Shown here: one piece after another, positions 54,902 through 63,201 of the stretch | How the letters are laid out: each line of letters starts with the position of its first letter | How positions within the stretch are numbered: the stretch's first letter is position 1 | Position numbers and translations under genes: made by a program | Source of the DNA: Candidatus Limnocylindrales bacterium | GTDB taxonomy: Bacteria > Chloroflexota > Dormibacteria > CF-121 | NCBI GenBank assembly: GCA_035632635.1 | Contig: DASQGL010000074.1 | Location: forward strand, 4,601 to 68,600 | DNA length: 64,000 nt | Reading direction: 5' to 3' | The notes under the pieces: generated by a model | The model's input: the letters and a program-made list of their open reading frames with translations, nothing else | Database searches by the model: none | What the model was told of the DNA's origin: nothing

Positions 54902-56605
54902 CTAGCCCACCAGCGCGGGGCCCGCGGCGGCCGGCAGGCGCAGGATGCTTCCGCTCGCCTGGAGCGCGACAAGCGGCGGGCCGACGTGGTGCAAGGTCCG
55001 GTGGGACGCGGACGTGACCGGCTTGGGAAAGGTGGTCAGCGGGTGCCGGAGTACGGTCTTCTCGACACCTTCGAGCATGGCGGTGTTGTGCACGAAGCCC
55101 GCGCCGCTCTGGATGTCGGCCGCGCTGGTGGACGGGTGGCCCCCCCACGGCGTCCCGATGCCGAAGCCCCAGGCTGCCCACAGGTTCAGGCTGACGGTTC
55201 CGTAGCGCAGATCCACCAGCGCCTGCTCGAGGGCGACTGCGACCCGGGGGTCACGCAGGCTCCGGGGCGACACGACCACGGTCGCGCTCAGCGTGCCCCA
55301 GACCCGCTCGTTGAGGAAACGGACCGCCTGCTCGAGAAAGGCGACCGGGTCGTCCGCGGGCAGCGACGTGTGGGAGAGGATGGCGCAGAACGGCTCGCGC
55401 CGGAAGGCCACCTCGTCGTCCGCCGCAGGATCGAGGTCGGGGAGCAGCGTCCAGGGCAGCGCGCCGTCCGCTGCGCCCGGGGAGGCGGTCACCGTGCGAT
55501 GCCGCGCGGTCAGCTCGCGCCACCGTTCCTCGGACCCCGGGTAGTACGCCTGGCGAACCGGGGTCCGGGCGAGCGCCGCCTCGATGCCGCGAAGCAGCTC
55601 AGGTCCCTGGCCGAAGCCGCGGGCCGTCACCAGCAGCTTGTTCGCGTTGCAGTTGAAGGACGCGTTGTTCGTCACGCCGCCCGCGATGTGGTCGGCCTGC
55701 CACTGCAGCTGACGCGGCCGGTAGTCCCCGGGGACGACGATGACCGGCGAGATGCTCCCCAGCTCCGCCGTGACCGGCTTGGAGAGCACCGGCCGCCGCT
55801 GCGCCTTGCGCAGCTCCTGCTCGGGACCCGGCGGGCCGAACACCAGCGCCTCGTAGGTCCGGTCGGAGCCCGTGATGTGAATCTCGTCCACCGCCGGGTG
55901 GGCGGCGAGGTAGGCGCCCTCCTCCGCGCCGCCGTAGACGATGGCGAGGAATCGCTGGCGAATGGCATGCTCGAATGCCTGCTCCAGGAGCGGCCCGAGG
56001 TAGGCGTTGACCGGGTGCATCTTCAGGATGCACACCTTCCCCTCGTTGAACAGCTTCGTCGCCACGTCGAGTGGCGGGATCGCGTTGACGTTGCCGGCGC
56101 CGAGCACCAGGACGCAGGCCGGTCGCCCCGCATGGCCGTCCCGGTAGAAGGACGCGCGCTGGTCGGCGGCCGCCCCGCGGCGCAGGTGCACCTCGGCCCG
56201 CAGCGAGGGGAAGACCGCCCAGTCCAGCGCGCCGCCCGGGTAGACGCGCACCGACACGCGGGAGTCGATGGTTTCCCGAAGGCCCCCGACGCGCGTCGAG
56301 CCCGTCCGCGCGATGGCTCGCAGCGCGTCGTGCCATTGCCGCAGGAGGGTCAGGGTGATGACCGGACCCGAAAGCCATTCCTCGCCTTCGGCAGGCGTGC
56401 CCAGGGGAATCCGTTTCGCCAGGCAGGCGAGGTGGACGCTCGGCTTGGCAATGCCCGCGTAGCCGCGGCGCATGGACTCGACCAGCGCGATCCGCTGGGT
56501 GATGGGCAGCCGCACGAAGGCGGCCGCCCCCTCCTGGAGCCGCGCCAGCGCGGCGTCCATCGCGGCCTGCCGCGTCGGGCCGGGCGCAGCAACCGTAGCA
56601 GCCAT
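54902..56605 (-). CDS. aldehyde dehydrogenase superfamily protein (atypical, 567 aa)
   Basis: It has ELGSISP (ELGGKSP-like) and a catalytic-Cys region NASFNCNANK. The start is either 56605 or MDAAL at ~56560. Confidence 0.65.
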   Translation of the reverse strand: MAATVAAPGPTRQAAMDAALARLQEGAAAFVRLPITQRIALVESMRRGYAGIAKPSVHLACLAKRIPLGTPAEGEEWLSGPVITLTLLRQWHDALRAIARTGSTRVGGLRETIDSRVSVRVYPGGALDWAVFPSLRAEVHLRRGAAADQRASFYRDGHAGRPACVLVLGAGNVNAIPPLDVATKLFNEGKVCILKMHPVNAYLGPLLEQAFEHAIRQRFLAIVYGGAEEGAYLAAHPAVDEIHITGSDRTYEALVFGPPGPEQELRKAQRRPVLSKPVTAELGSISPVIVVPGDYRPRQLQWQADHIAGGVTNNASFNCNANKLLVTARGFGQGPELLRGIEAALARTPVRQAYYPGSEERWRELTARHRTVTASPGAADGALPWTLLPDLDPAADDEVAFRREPFCAILSHTSLPADDPVAFLEQAVRFLNERVWGTLSATVVVSPRSLRDPRVAVALEQALVDLRYGTVSLNLWAAWGFGIGTPWGGHPSTSAADIQSGAGFVHNTAMLEGVEKTVLRHPLTTFPKPVTSASHRTLHHVGPPLVALQASGSILRLPAAAGPALVG

Positions 56606-56612
56606 TGCTACG
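56594..56612. promoter_or_regulatory. 19-bp palindrome CGTAGCA-N5-TGCTACG (copy 1) at the ALDH start / ATPase stop
   Basis: The site lies in the context GCAACCGTAGCAgccatTGCTACG. The arms are perfect 7-bp inverted repeats. Confidence 0.5.
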
Positions 56613-56615
56613 AGC

Positions 56616-57800
56616 CTAGCCCTCGACGCCCTGGCGGAGCAGGAAGTCGCGATAGAGCGGGAGGCTGAACGCGACCTCTCCCCGCTCGGCCGGCCGGTAC
56701 AGCTGGCCCCGCTCGACCAGCCGCGCGATCGAGGCCCGCAGCAGCGCCCGGCTCCCCGGCCAGGTGACGGCTTCGATCCGGGCGCGCTCGCCGACCCGGG
56801 CGATCGCCAGCAGCGCCTCCCGCTCGGCCCGCGGGAGCTTGCGGAAACGCCCTTCGAAGAAGCTCTCGTCCAGCTCGTTCAGGAGCAGCGGCCGGAGCAG
56901 CTCCAGGGCGTCGACGTCGAATCGATCCTCGTCGGGGACGCTCTCGATCAGGAAGGAGGCATAGTACTGGAGGAAGTAGGGATACCCACGCGTCTCGGCC
57001 ACGATCCGCTCGATCAGCGCCGGTGAGAAGGTCACCGACGAACGGCCCAGCGGACGCGTGATCGCGGCCCGGGCGTCGGTGGGCTCGAGATTGTCCAGGC
57101 GAAAGACGACCAGGTCCCGCTCGAGGTAGCTGCGACTCTTCACGATGTTGGGAATGACGGTCGGCAGGCCGCTGACCACGAGGACGACCGGCAGCCCCTT
57201 CAGTTGGACGCGCTTGACCGCGTTGAAAAGCGTGGCCAGGGGCGCCTGGCCCTTGCGGCGGCCATCCCAGACTTCGTGGAACTCGTCGTAGAAGAGCAGG
57301 AGACCCTTGTGCTGATGACGGACGACCGGCATCAGCTCGTCGAACATCCGGACCAGCCGGTCGGTGGGGGGCGCGGGCGGCTCCTTCGCATAAGCCGGAC
57401 TGTAGGTGATGCCCCAGGCGGCGACGTCCTTGGGCCGGAACGTCTCGACCAGGCGGCGGCCGGTCCGGCGCATGCGCAGTGCGAGCGAGGCGCCCGTCCC
57501 CACCCGCAGGAGATCGCTGGCGGTCGCGCGCACGAGCGCCGCCGTCTCGTTCAGGGTCTCGTCGAGCTCGCGCTCTGCCGAGAGCCAGCCGTTCAGCTGG
57601 GCCAGCTTGCGGAACTCTCCGAGCAGGACGGTCTTCCCCGTCCCGCGCAGTCCGGTGAGCACCACGTGGCGCGGCACACGCGTGGCGCGCTTCAGGTGCC
57701 GTTCGAAGGCTCCGAGCATCGCATCTCGACCGGCGAGGAAGGGTGGAGGGTAGCCGGCCCCCGGCGTGAACGGGTCGCGGATCGCTCGCGGGCTCGCCAC
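56616..57800 (-). CDS. Orc1/Arch-type AAA ATPase (Arch_ATPase/DUF234-like)
   Basis: It has a Walker A GLRGTGKT and a Walker B LLFYDEF, with a C-terminal winged-helix-like region. The start is GTG 57800. The alternative overlapping frame 56608..57816 is Arg/Pro-rich and was rejected. Confidence 0.7.
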   Translation of the reverse strand: MASPRAIRDPFTPGAGYPPPFLAGRDAMLGAFERHLKRATRVPRHVVLTGLRGTGKTVLLGEFRKLAQLNGWLSAERELDETLNETAALVRATASDLLRVGTGASLALRMRRTGRRLVETFRPKDVAAWGITYSPAYAKEPPAPPTDRLVRMFDELMPVVRHQHKGLLLFYDEFHEVWDGRRKGQAPLATLFNAVKRVQLKGLPVVLVVSGLPTVIPNIVKSRSYLERDLVVFRLDNLEPTDARAAITRPLGRSSVTFSPALIERIVAETRGYPYFLQYYASFLIESVPDEDRFDVDALELLRPLLLNELDESFFEGRFRKLPRAEREALLAIARVGERARIEAVTWPGSRALLRASIARLVERGQLYRPAERGEVAFSLPLYRDFLLRQGVEG

Positions 57801-57808
57801 GTAGCAAC

Positions 57809-57827
57809 CGTAGCACGCGTTGCTACG
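57809..57827. promoter_or_regulatory. 19-bp palindrome CGTAGCA-N5-TGCTACG (copy 2) in the divergent ATPase / coxD promoter region
   Basis: The site lies in the context GCAACCGTAGCAcgcgtTGCTACG, 9 nt upstream of the ATPase GTG start and ~20 nt upstream of the TAGAAT element of coxD. Confidence 0.5.
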
Positions 57828-57860
57828 GGCATTGGCTGGTCACCTTAGAATGGGTGGGCG

Positions 57861-58757
57861 ATGGAAGGCCTGCCGTTTTCGACCATCGAGGAGGTCGAAG
57901 ACGCCCTCCGCGAGCATCATTACGTCGCCGGGCGCGAGCTTGCCACCACGATCTTCCTGGGCCTCAAGCTCGACAAGCCGCTCCTGCTCGAGGGGGAGGC
58001 CGGCGTGGGCAAGACGGAGGTCGGCAAAGTGCTCGCCGACATCCTCCAGGCCGACCTGATCCGCCTGCAGTGCTACGAGGGCATCGACATCAACAACGCC
58101 GTCTACGAATGGGCGTACGCGCGCCAGATGCTGCACATCCGGCTGCTCGAAACCCAGGCCGCCGATCGCGCCGCGATGGAACGCGAGATCTTCAGCCCCA
58201 GCTTCCTGGTCAAGCGCCCGCTGCTCCAGGCGATCGAGCACGGCGGCGCGCGACCACCCGTGCTCCTGATCGACGAGATCGACCGGTCGGACGACGAATT
58301 CGAGGCGTTCCTGCTCGAGCTGCTCTCGGACTTCCAGATTTCGATCCCCGAGATCGGGACGATCCGGGCGGAGCGTCCGCCCGCGGTGGTGATCACCTCC
58401 AACCGCACCCGCGAGATCCATGACGCGCTCAAGCGGCGGTGCCTCTACTTCTGGATCGACTATCCGAGCGTCGACCGGGAATTCGAGATCGTCCAGGCCA
58501 GGATCCCGGACGTGCCGCGACGGCTCAACCGCCAGGTGACCCGGTTCATCGCCCAGGTCCGCCAGCTCGACCTCTACAAGCTGCCCGGCATCGCCGAGAC
58601 CCTGGACTGGACCCGCGCCCTGCTGGCCCTGGGCGAGACCGAGCTGAGCGAGCACGCGGTGCAGGCCACCCTGGGGTCGATCGTCAAGTACCAGGAGGAT
58701 CTCGCCCGGTTGCGCGGCGAGCAGACCCGGACGCTGCTCAAGGCCTCGGGTGCCTGA
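57861..58757 (+). CDS. coxD: MoxR-family AAA ATPase (CoxD-like)
   Basis: It has a Walker A LEGEAGVGKT and a Walker B LLIDEIDR. A TAGAAT lies 9 nt upstream of the ATG. Confidence 0.85.
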   Translation: MEGLPFSTIEEVEDALREHHYVAGRELATTIFLGLKLDKPLLLEGEAGVGKTEVGKVLADILQADLIRLQCYEGIDINNAVYEWAYARQMLHIRLLETQAADRAAMEREIFSPSFLVKRPLLQAIEHGGARPPVLLIDEIDRSDDEFEAFLLELLSDFQISIPEIGTIRAERPPAVVITSNRTREIHDALKRRCLYFWIDYPSVDREFEIVQARIPDVPRRLNRQVTRFIAQVRQLDLYKLPGIAETLDWTRALLALGETELSEHAVQATLGSIVKYQEDLARLRGEQTRTLLKASGA

Positions 58758-59931
58758 GCCGGGCCGCACGTTCGTCCGGAACTGGCTCTGGTTCGGGAGC
58801 CTGCTGCGCGGTCTCGGGTTCGACGCCGGGCCGGTGCGGACGCTGGGATTCCTTCGCGCGCTGACGCTGATCGATCCCGCCAACGAGTCCGACCTGCGAA
58901 CCGTGGTCCGGGCGCATTTCGCTCGACGGCGAGAGGATCACCCGGTCCTCGATCGGGCGCTGACTCTCTTTCTCGCCCGGGCGAGCGCGCTGGAGTCGGC
59001 GGCTGAAGGGCCGGCGGGCTCGGAGGCCGGATCCGAGGTCTCGGACTGGCCCGCCGACGCCGCCCGCCAGCTGAGCGTCCTCGACGGCGACGAGACGGTG
59101 GATGATGCCGAAGAGCTTCCGGTGGCCAGCTTCTCCGCAACCGATCGATTGCGGCACAAGGACTTCGACACCATGACCGATGCCGAGCTCAGTGAGATCC
59201 GGCGCCTGATCCGGATCATGCGGATTCCGGCGGGCCTTCGCCGATCCCGGCGTTTCAAGCGCGGAGGCGACGAGCGGCTCGACCTGCGCCAGCTGCTGCG
59301 CAACAGCCTTCGCTTCGGCGGCGAGCCTCTGCAGTTCTCCTTCCGACGGCCGCGGCTCAAGTCGCGCCCCCTCGTGCTCATCTGCGACATCAGCGGCTCG
59401 ATGGAACGCTACACGCGAGTCCTCCTGAACTTCGCCTACGCGATCGAGAATGCGACCGACCGGGTCGAGGCCTTCGTCTTCGCCACCCGGTTGACGCGGA
59501 TCACGCGCATGCTGCGGAGCCACGACGCGGATGCCGCGCTCGACCGGGTGACCAGCGCCGTCCAGGACTGGTCCGGCGGGACCCGCATCGGGGAGGCGAT
59601 CGCCACCTTCAACCGGCGCTATGGCCGCCGGGTGCTGGCCCATGGAGCGACCGTGGTGCTGATCAGCGACGGCTGGGACCGGGGCGACCCGCGCGAGCTG
59701 CGCGATGCGGTGGCCCACCTCCAGCGCTCCTGCTACCGGCTGATCTGGATGAATCCGCTGATGGGCGCGGCAGACTACGAGCCGCTCACCATGGGACTGC
59801 AGGCGGCCCTCCCCTACGTCGATGATTTCCTGCCCTGCCACGACCTGGCCAGCCTCGAGGCGCTGGGGCGGCTGCTGCTCGAGACGCAGGTGCGGCGGCC
59901 GGTGAGGCGGCAGGCCCAGATCGTGGCCTGA
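58750..59931 (+). CDS. coxE: VWA-domain protein (CoxE-like)
   Basis: A GTG start overlaps the coxD 3' end. It has the MIDAS motif DISGSM and a C-terminal VWA domain. Confidence 0.8.
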   Translation: MPEPGRTFVRNWLWFGSLLRGLGFDAGPVRTLGFLRALTLIDPANESDLRTVVRAHFARRREDHPVLDRALTLFLARASALESAAEGPAGSEAGSEVSDWPADAARQLSVLDGDETVDDAEELPVASFSATDRLRHKDFDTMTDAELSEIRRLIRIMRIPAGLRRSRRFKRGGDERLDLRQLLRNSLRFGGEPLQFSFRRPRLKSRPLVLICDISGSMERYTRVLLNFAYAIENATDRVEAFVFATRLTRITRMLRSHDADAALDRVTSAVQDWSGGTRIGEAIATFNRRYGRRVLAHGATVVLISDGWDRGDPRELRDAVAHLQRSCYRLIWMNPLMGAADYEPLTMGLQAALPYVDDFLPCHDLASLEALGRLLLETQVRRPVRRQAQIVA

Positions 59932-59962
59932 AAGCGCCCGGCGGGCTGGGTACACTCGATCC

Positions 59963-60955
59963 ATGCGGGACGTGCTCGAGGACGTCAGGTCGTGGATTTT
60001 GGCGCAGGACCCGGTCGCGCTGGCGACGGTGATCAGCACCTGGGGCAGCGCGCCCCGTCCGGCCGGATCGCGGATGGCGATCAGCCGGTCGGGCAAGATC
60101 GCGGGCTCGGTCAGCGGCGGATGCCTCGAGGGCGAAGTCTTCGAACAGGCGCAGCTGGTCCTCAAGGGCAAGCCGGCGCAGGTGTTCCATTACGGCGTCA
60201 GCGATGACCTGGCCTTCTCCGTCGGGCTGAGCTGCGGGGGTGAGGTGGACGTCCTGGTCGAGCCGCTCTCGGACGTCCACCGTGGCCTGATCGAGGCGCT
60301 GGAACACGAGCGACCGGTCGTGCTCGAAACGGTGCTGGAGGGGACGCCGGGAGCGCGCCGGCTGTTGCCTGTGGACGAGCCCGGCTCCGCCGCCATCCTG
60401 GCGGGCGAGATGCCCCAGCGGCGCGACGGCGTCTTCCTGGAGCCGTTTCCCCGCCCGCACGAGCTGATCATCGTCGGCGGATCCCACGTCGCGATCCCGC
60501 TCACCCGCCTGGCGAAGGACCTCGGGTTCCGCGTCACCGTGATCGATGCGCGGGCGACGTTCGCCGACCCGAGCCGTTTTCCGGGCGCGGATTCCGTCAT
60601 CCACGGCTGGCCGGACGAGGCGCTCAACCGGTTGACGATCGACCGGTCGACCTACGTCGTCGTCCTCACCCATGACCCGAAGTTCGATGATCCGGCCATC
60701 CGGGCGGCGCTCAGCGGCGGCGCACGGTACGTGGGCGCGATCGGCAGCCGGAAGACGCACACGCAACGGATTGCCCGGCTCTTGCAGGCTGGAGTACCCG
60801 GCGCGCAGCTGGAGACGGTGCATGCGCCGATCGGTCTGGACCTGGGCGCGCAGACCGCGGAAGAGACGGCGCTCGCCATCCTGAGCGAGGTGGTGGCGGT
60901 GCGTCACGGGCGCACCGGCGGCCCGATGCGGGCGGCGGCGGCCGCACCGGCATGA
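59963..60955 (+). CDS. XdhC/CoxI-family molybdenum cofactor insertion factor
   Basis: It has an XdhC_CoxI N-terminal domain plus a Rossmann-like C-terminal domain (IVGGSHVAIPL). Confidence 0.8.
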   Translation: MRDVLEDVRSWILAQDPVALATVISTWGSAPRPAGSRMAISRSGKIAGSVSGGCLEGEVFEQAQLVLKGKPAQVFHYGVSDDLAFSVGLSCGGEVDVLVEPLSDVHRGLIEALEHERPVVLETVLEGTPGARRLLPVDEPGSAAILAGEMPQRRDGVFLEPFPRPHELIIVGGSHVAIPLTRLAKDLGFRVTVIDARATFADPSRFPGADSVIHGWPDEALNRLTIDRSTYVVVLTHDPKFDDPAIRAALSGGARYVGAIGSRKTHTQRIARLLQAGVPGAQLETVHAPIGLDLGAQTAEETALAILSEVVAVRHGRTGGPMRAAAAAPA

Positions 60956-61989
60956 GAGCCGAGGCGCTCGCCGGCGCGCGGCTGACCGGCGAAGCCATCG
61001 CCGGCGCGATCCTCGCGCAGACGCTCCAGGACCCCGCGGATCATCACCGGCCGCTGCTCCACAAGGGGCGGCGCCTGCAGCCGGACGACCTGGCCCTGGT
61101 CCGGCGCGCCGGAGTCAGTGAGCTGCACGTCGTACGGATGGACGTGGACGACGTGCACGAGGATGATGCCGCCCGCCGCCTGGCGGCGCTGGTGGCCGGT
61201 GAAGGCATCGCCGTGCACGGTCCGGTGGAGAGCCAGATGCGCTTGGCGGCCGACACGAACGGGATCTTCCAGGTCGACATCCGGCGGCTCGAGGCCTTGA
61301 ACGCGATCGAGGACATCTGCGTGTTCACCCTGTTCGACGGGCAGCTGGTGCCCCGCGGCAAAACCGTGGCGGGCGTCAAGGTCACCCCGTTCGCCCTGCC
61401 GCGCGCGCGGCTCGAAGAGGCCGAGCGCCAGGTCGCGGGATCCGACGGGGTCGTGCGGGTGCGCGCCTTCAGGCCGATGCGGGTGGGCGTGCTGGTGCGC
61501 GAGCGGCTGGACGCCTCCGCCCGCGAGAGGTTCCAGGCCTCGATCGAGGCCAAGGTGGCCTGGTTCGGCTCTCGGCTTACGGCCATCCAGTACGTGGCCG
61601 ACGACGCCGGACTCGTCGCCGCGTCCCTGCGCCAGCTGGCCTCGCAGGCCGATCTCGTGCTGACCGCGGGAGCGAACGCGACCGATCCGCTCGATCCCAC
61701 GCTGATCGCGCTGGCGGCGATCGGGGCAAAGATGGAGAAGCAGGGTGCGCCGGCGCATCCCGGGAGCGCCGTCTGGCTCGCCTACCTGGGCGACGTGCCG
61801 ATCTTTGGCGTGGCCGCCTGCGGCATGTTCTCGCGTGCGACCGTGCTCGACCTGCTCCTGCCCCGCCTGTTCACCGGGGTCAGGCTGTCGGCCGGCGACT
61901 TTACCGGGCTCGGCCACGGCGGCCTCCTGTCCCGCGACATGGCCTTCCGCTTTCCCTCCTACGGCGCATCCGATACGCTGGACGCATGA
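60952..61989 (+). CDS. MoeA/CinA-like molybdopterin-binding domain protein
   Basis: The ATG overlaps the upstream TGA. It has a MoCF-biosynthesis-like domain (LVLTAGANATDPLD). Confidence 0.6.
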   Translation: MRAEALAGARLTGEAIAGAILAQTLQDPADHHRPLLHKGRRLQPDDLALVRRAGVSELHVVRMDVDDVHEDDAARRLAALVAGEGIAVHGPVESQMRLAADTNGIFQVDIRRLEALNAIEDICVFTLFDGQLVPRGKTVAGVKVTPFALPRARLEEAERQVAGSDGVVRVRAFRPMRVGVLVRERLDASARERFQASIEAKVAWFGSRLTAIQYVADDAGLVAASLRQLASQADLVLTAGANATDPLDPTLIALAAIGAKMEKQGAPAHPGSAVWLAYLGDVPIFGVAACGMFSRATVLDLLLPRLFTGVRLSAGDFTGLGHGGLLSRDMAFRFPSYGASDTLDA

Positions 61990-62447
61990 TTCTCACGACA
62001 ACCTTTCAGGTCGACGCTCCTCTGTCCCCGGTGTGGACGTACATGCTCGATGTCCCGCGGATCGCCCACTGCGTCCCCGGCGCCCAGCTGACCGAGGTGA
62101 TCGACGAGCGCACTTACGCCGGGAAGATCGAGGTCAAGCTGGGCCCGATCGGCGTCGCCTACAAGGGTCGCCTTCACCTCGAAGAGGTCGACGAGGAGGC
62201 GCACACCGTGAAGCTTCGCGCCGAGGGCAACGAGTCGCGCGGGCGGGGTGGCGCCTCCGCCAGGGTGAAGGCCAGCTTGAGCGAGGCGGATGGGAAGACG
62301 ACCGTGATCATGGAGTCGGACGTCGCCGTCAGCGGGCTGGTCGCCCAGTTCGGACGGTCCGCGATCATGCAGGAGGTCTCGCAGCGCCTCGCGCAGCGGT
62401 TTGCCAACTGCCTCGAACAGGAGCTTCGGGCTCAGTCCACCCGGTGA
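61986..62447 (+). CDS. coxG: SRPBCC-family CoxG protein
   Basis: The ATG overlaps the upstream TGA. It is 153 aa and matches the CoxG family. Confidence 0.8.
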   Translation: MILTTTFQVDAPLSPVWTYMLDVPRIAHCVPGAQLTEVIDERTYAGKIEVKLGPIGVAYKGRLHLEEVDEEAHTVKLRAEGNESRGRGGASARVKASLSEADGKTTVIMESDVAVSGLVAQFGRSAIMQEVSQRLAQRFANCLEQELRAQSTR

Positions 62448-63010
62448 TCCCGGCGATCCTGCTGGCCGCCGGGCAGGCGAGCCGGTACGGACGCCCCAAG
62501 CTGCTCGAACCGTTCCAGGGGGAGACGCTCCTGCGCCGCGCCGCCCGGACCCTGCGCGGCGCGGGCTGCGACCCGCTGATCGTCGTGGTGGCCCCTTCAC
62601 AGGCGCTGCGCGCGGAGGTCGACGATCTCCATCCGATCCTGGTCGAGAATCCGTCCCATGCGCTCGGAATCTCGCACTCGATCGCCCTGGGAGTCGAGGC
62701 GCTGCCCGCCGGGGCCGAGGCGGTGCTGATCGCGGTCGCGGACCAGCCGCTCGTCTCCGAGGACGTCATCCGCGCGCTGCTCCGGGCGTTCGAGCCAGGT
62801 CTGATCGTGGCGCCGCGCTACGGCGCGGATCGAGGCAACCCACGCGTCTACGACCGTCGGTTCTTCGCCGAGCTATCGGAGCTCCAGGGGGATCGCGGAG
62901 CGCAGACGCTGGCCGACCGCCACCCGGAAGCCGTGCGGGAGGTGGCGCTGGCGGAGCGCCACGGTCTCGACATCGACACGCCGGACGACTGGCGAAAGCT
63001 CGCACGCTAG
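62444..63010 (+). CDS. MobA-like NTP transferase, probable molybdenum cofactor cytidylyltransferase (MocA-like)
   Basis: A GTG start overlaps the coxG TGA. Its N-terminus is AILLAAGQASRYGRPKLL. Confidence 0.75.
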   Translation: MIPAILLAAGQASRYGRPKLLEPFQGETLLRRAARTLRGAGCDPLIVVVAPSQALRAEVDDLHPILVENPSHALGISHSIALGVEALPAGAEAVLIAVADQPLVSEDVIRALLRAFEPGLIVAPRYGADRGNPRVYDRRFFAELSELQGDRGAQTLADRHPEAVREVALAERHGLDIDTPDDWRKLAR

Positions 63011-63201
63011 CCGGTACAGCAGACCGATCACGGTGCCGATCACCAGGGCGTCGATCCGCCAGCCGAACAGGGATCCGTAGACGGCCAGGTTCTCGCTGAT
63101 CGATCGTATGCCGTTCATCTTGCTCTCTCCGACCTGCGCTCAGCATCGGCCCGGCCGCTGAGAGGGATGACGGAGACGGCTGAGAAACGCCTGAGAACGG
63201 G

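Noticed and set aside
56608-57816. Alternative 402-aa reading frame for the ATPase locus
   Set aside because: Its product is Arg/Pro-rich without motifs. The 56616..57800 frame contains Walker A/B and Arch_ATPase features.
56594-57827. Palindromes as inverted-repeat termini of a mobile element carrying the ATPase
   Set aside because: The two copies are direct (same orientation), each internally palindromic. There is no transposase or integrase, and both sit exactly at gene 5' regions. Operators are more parsimonious.
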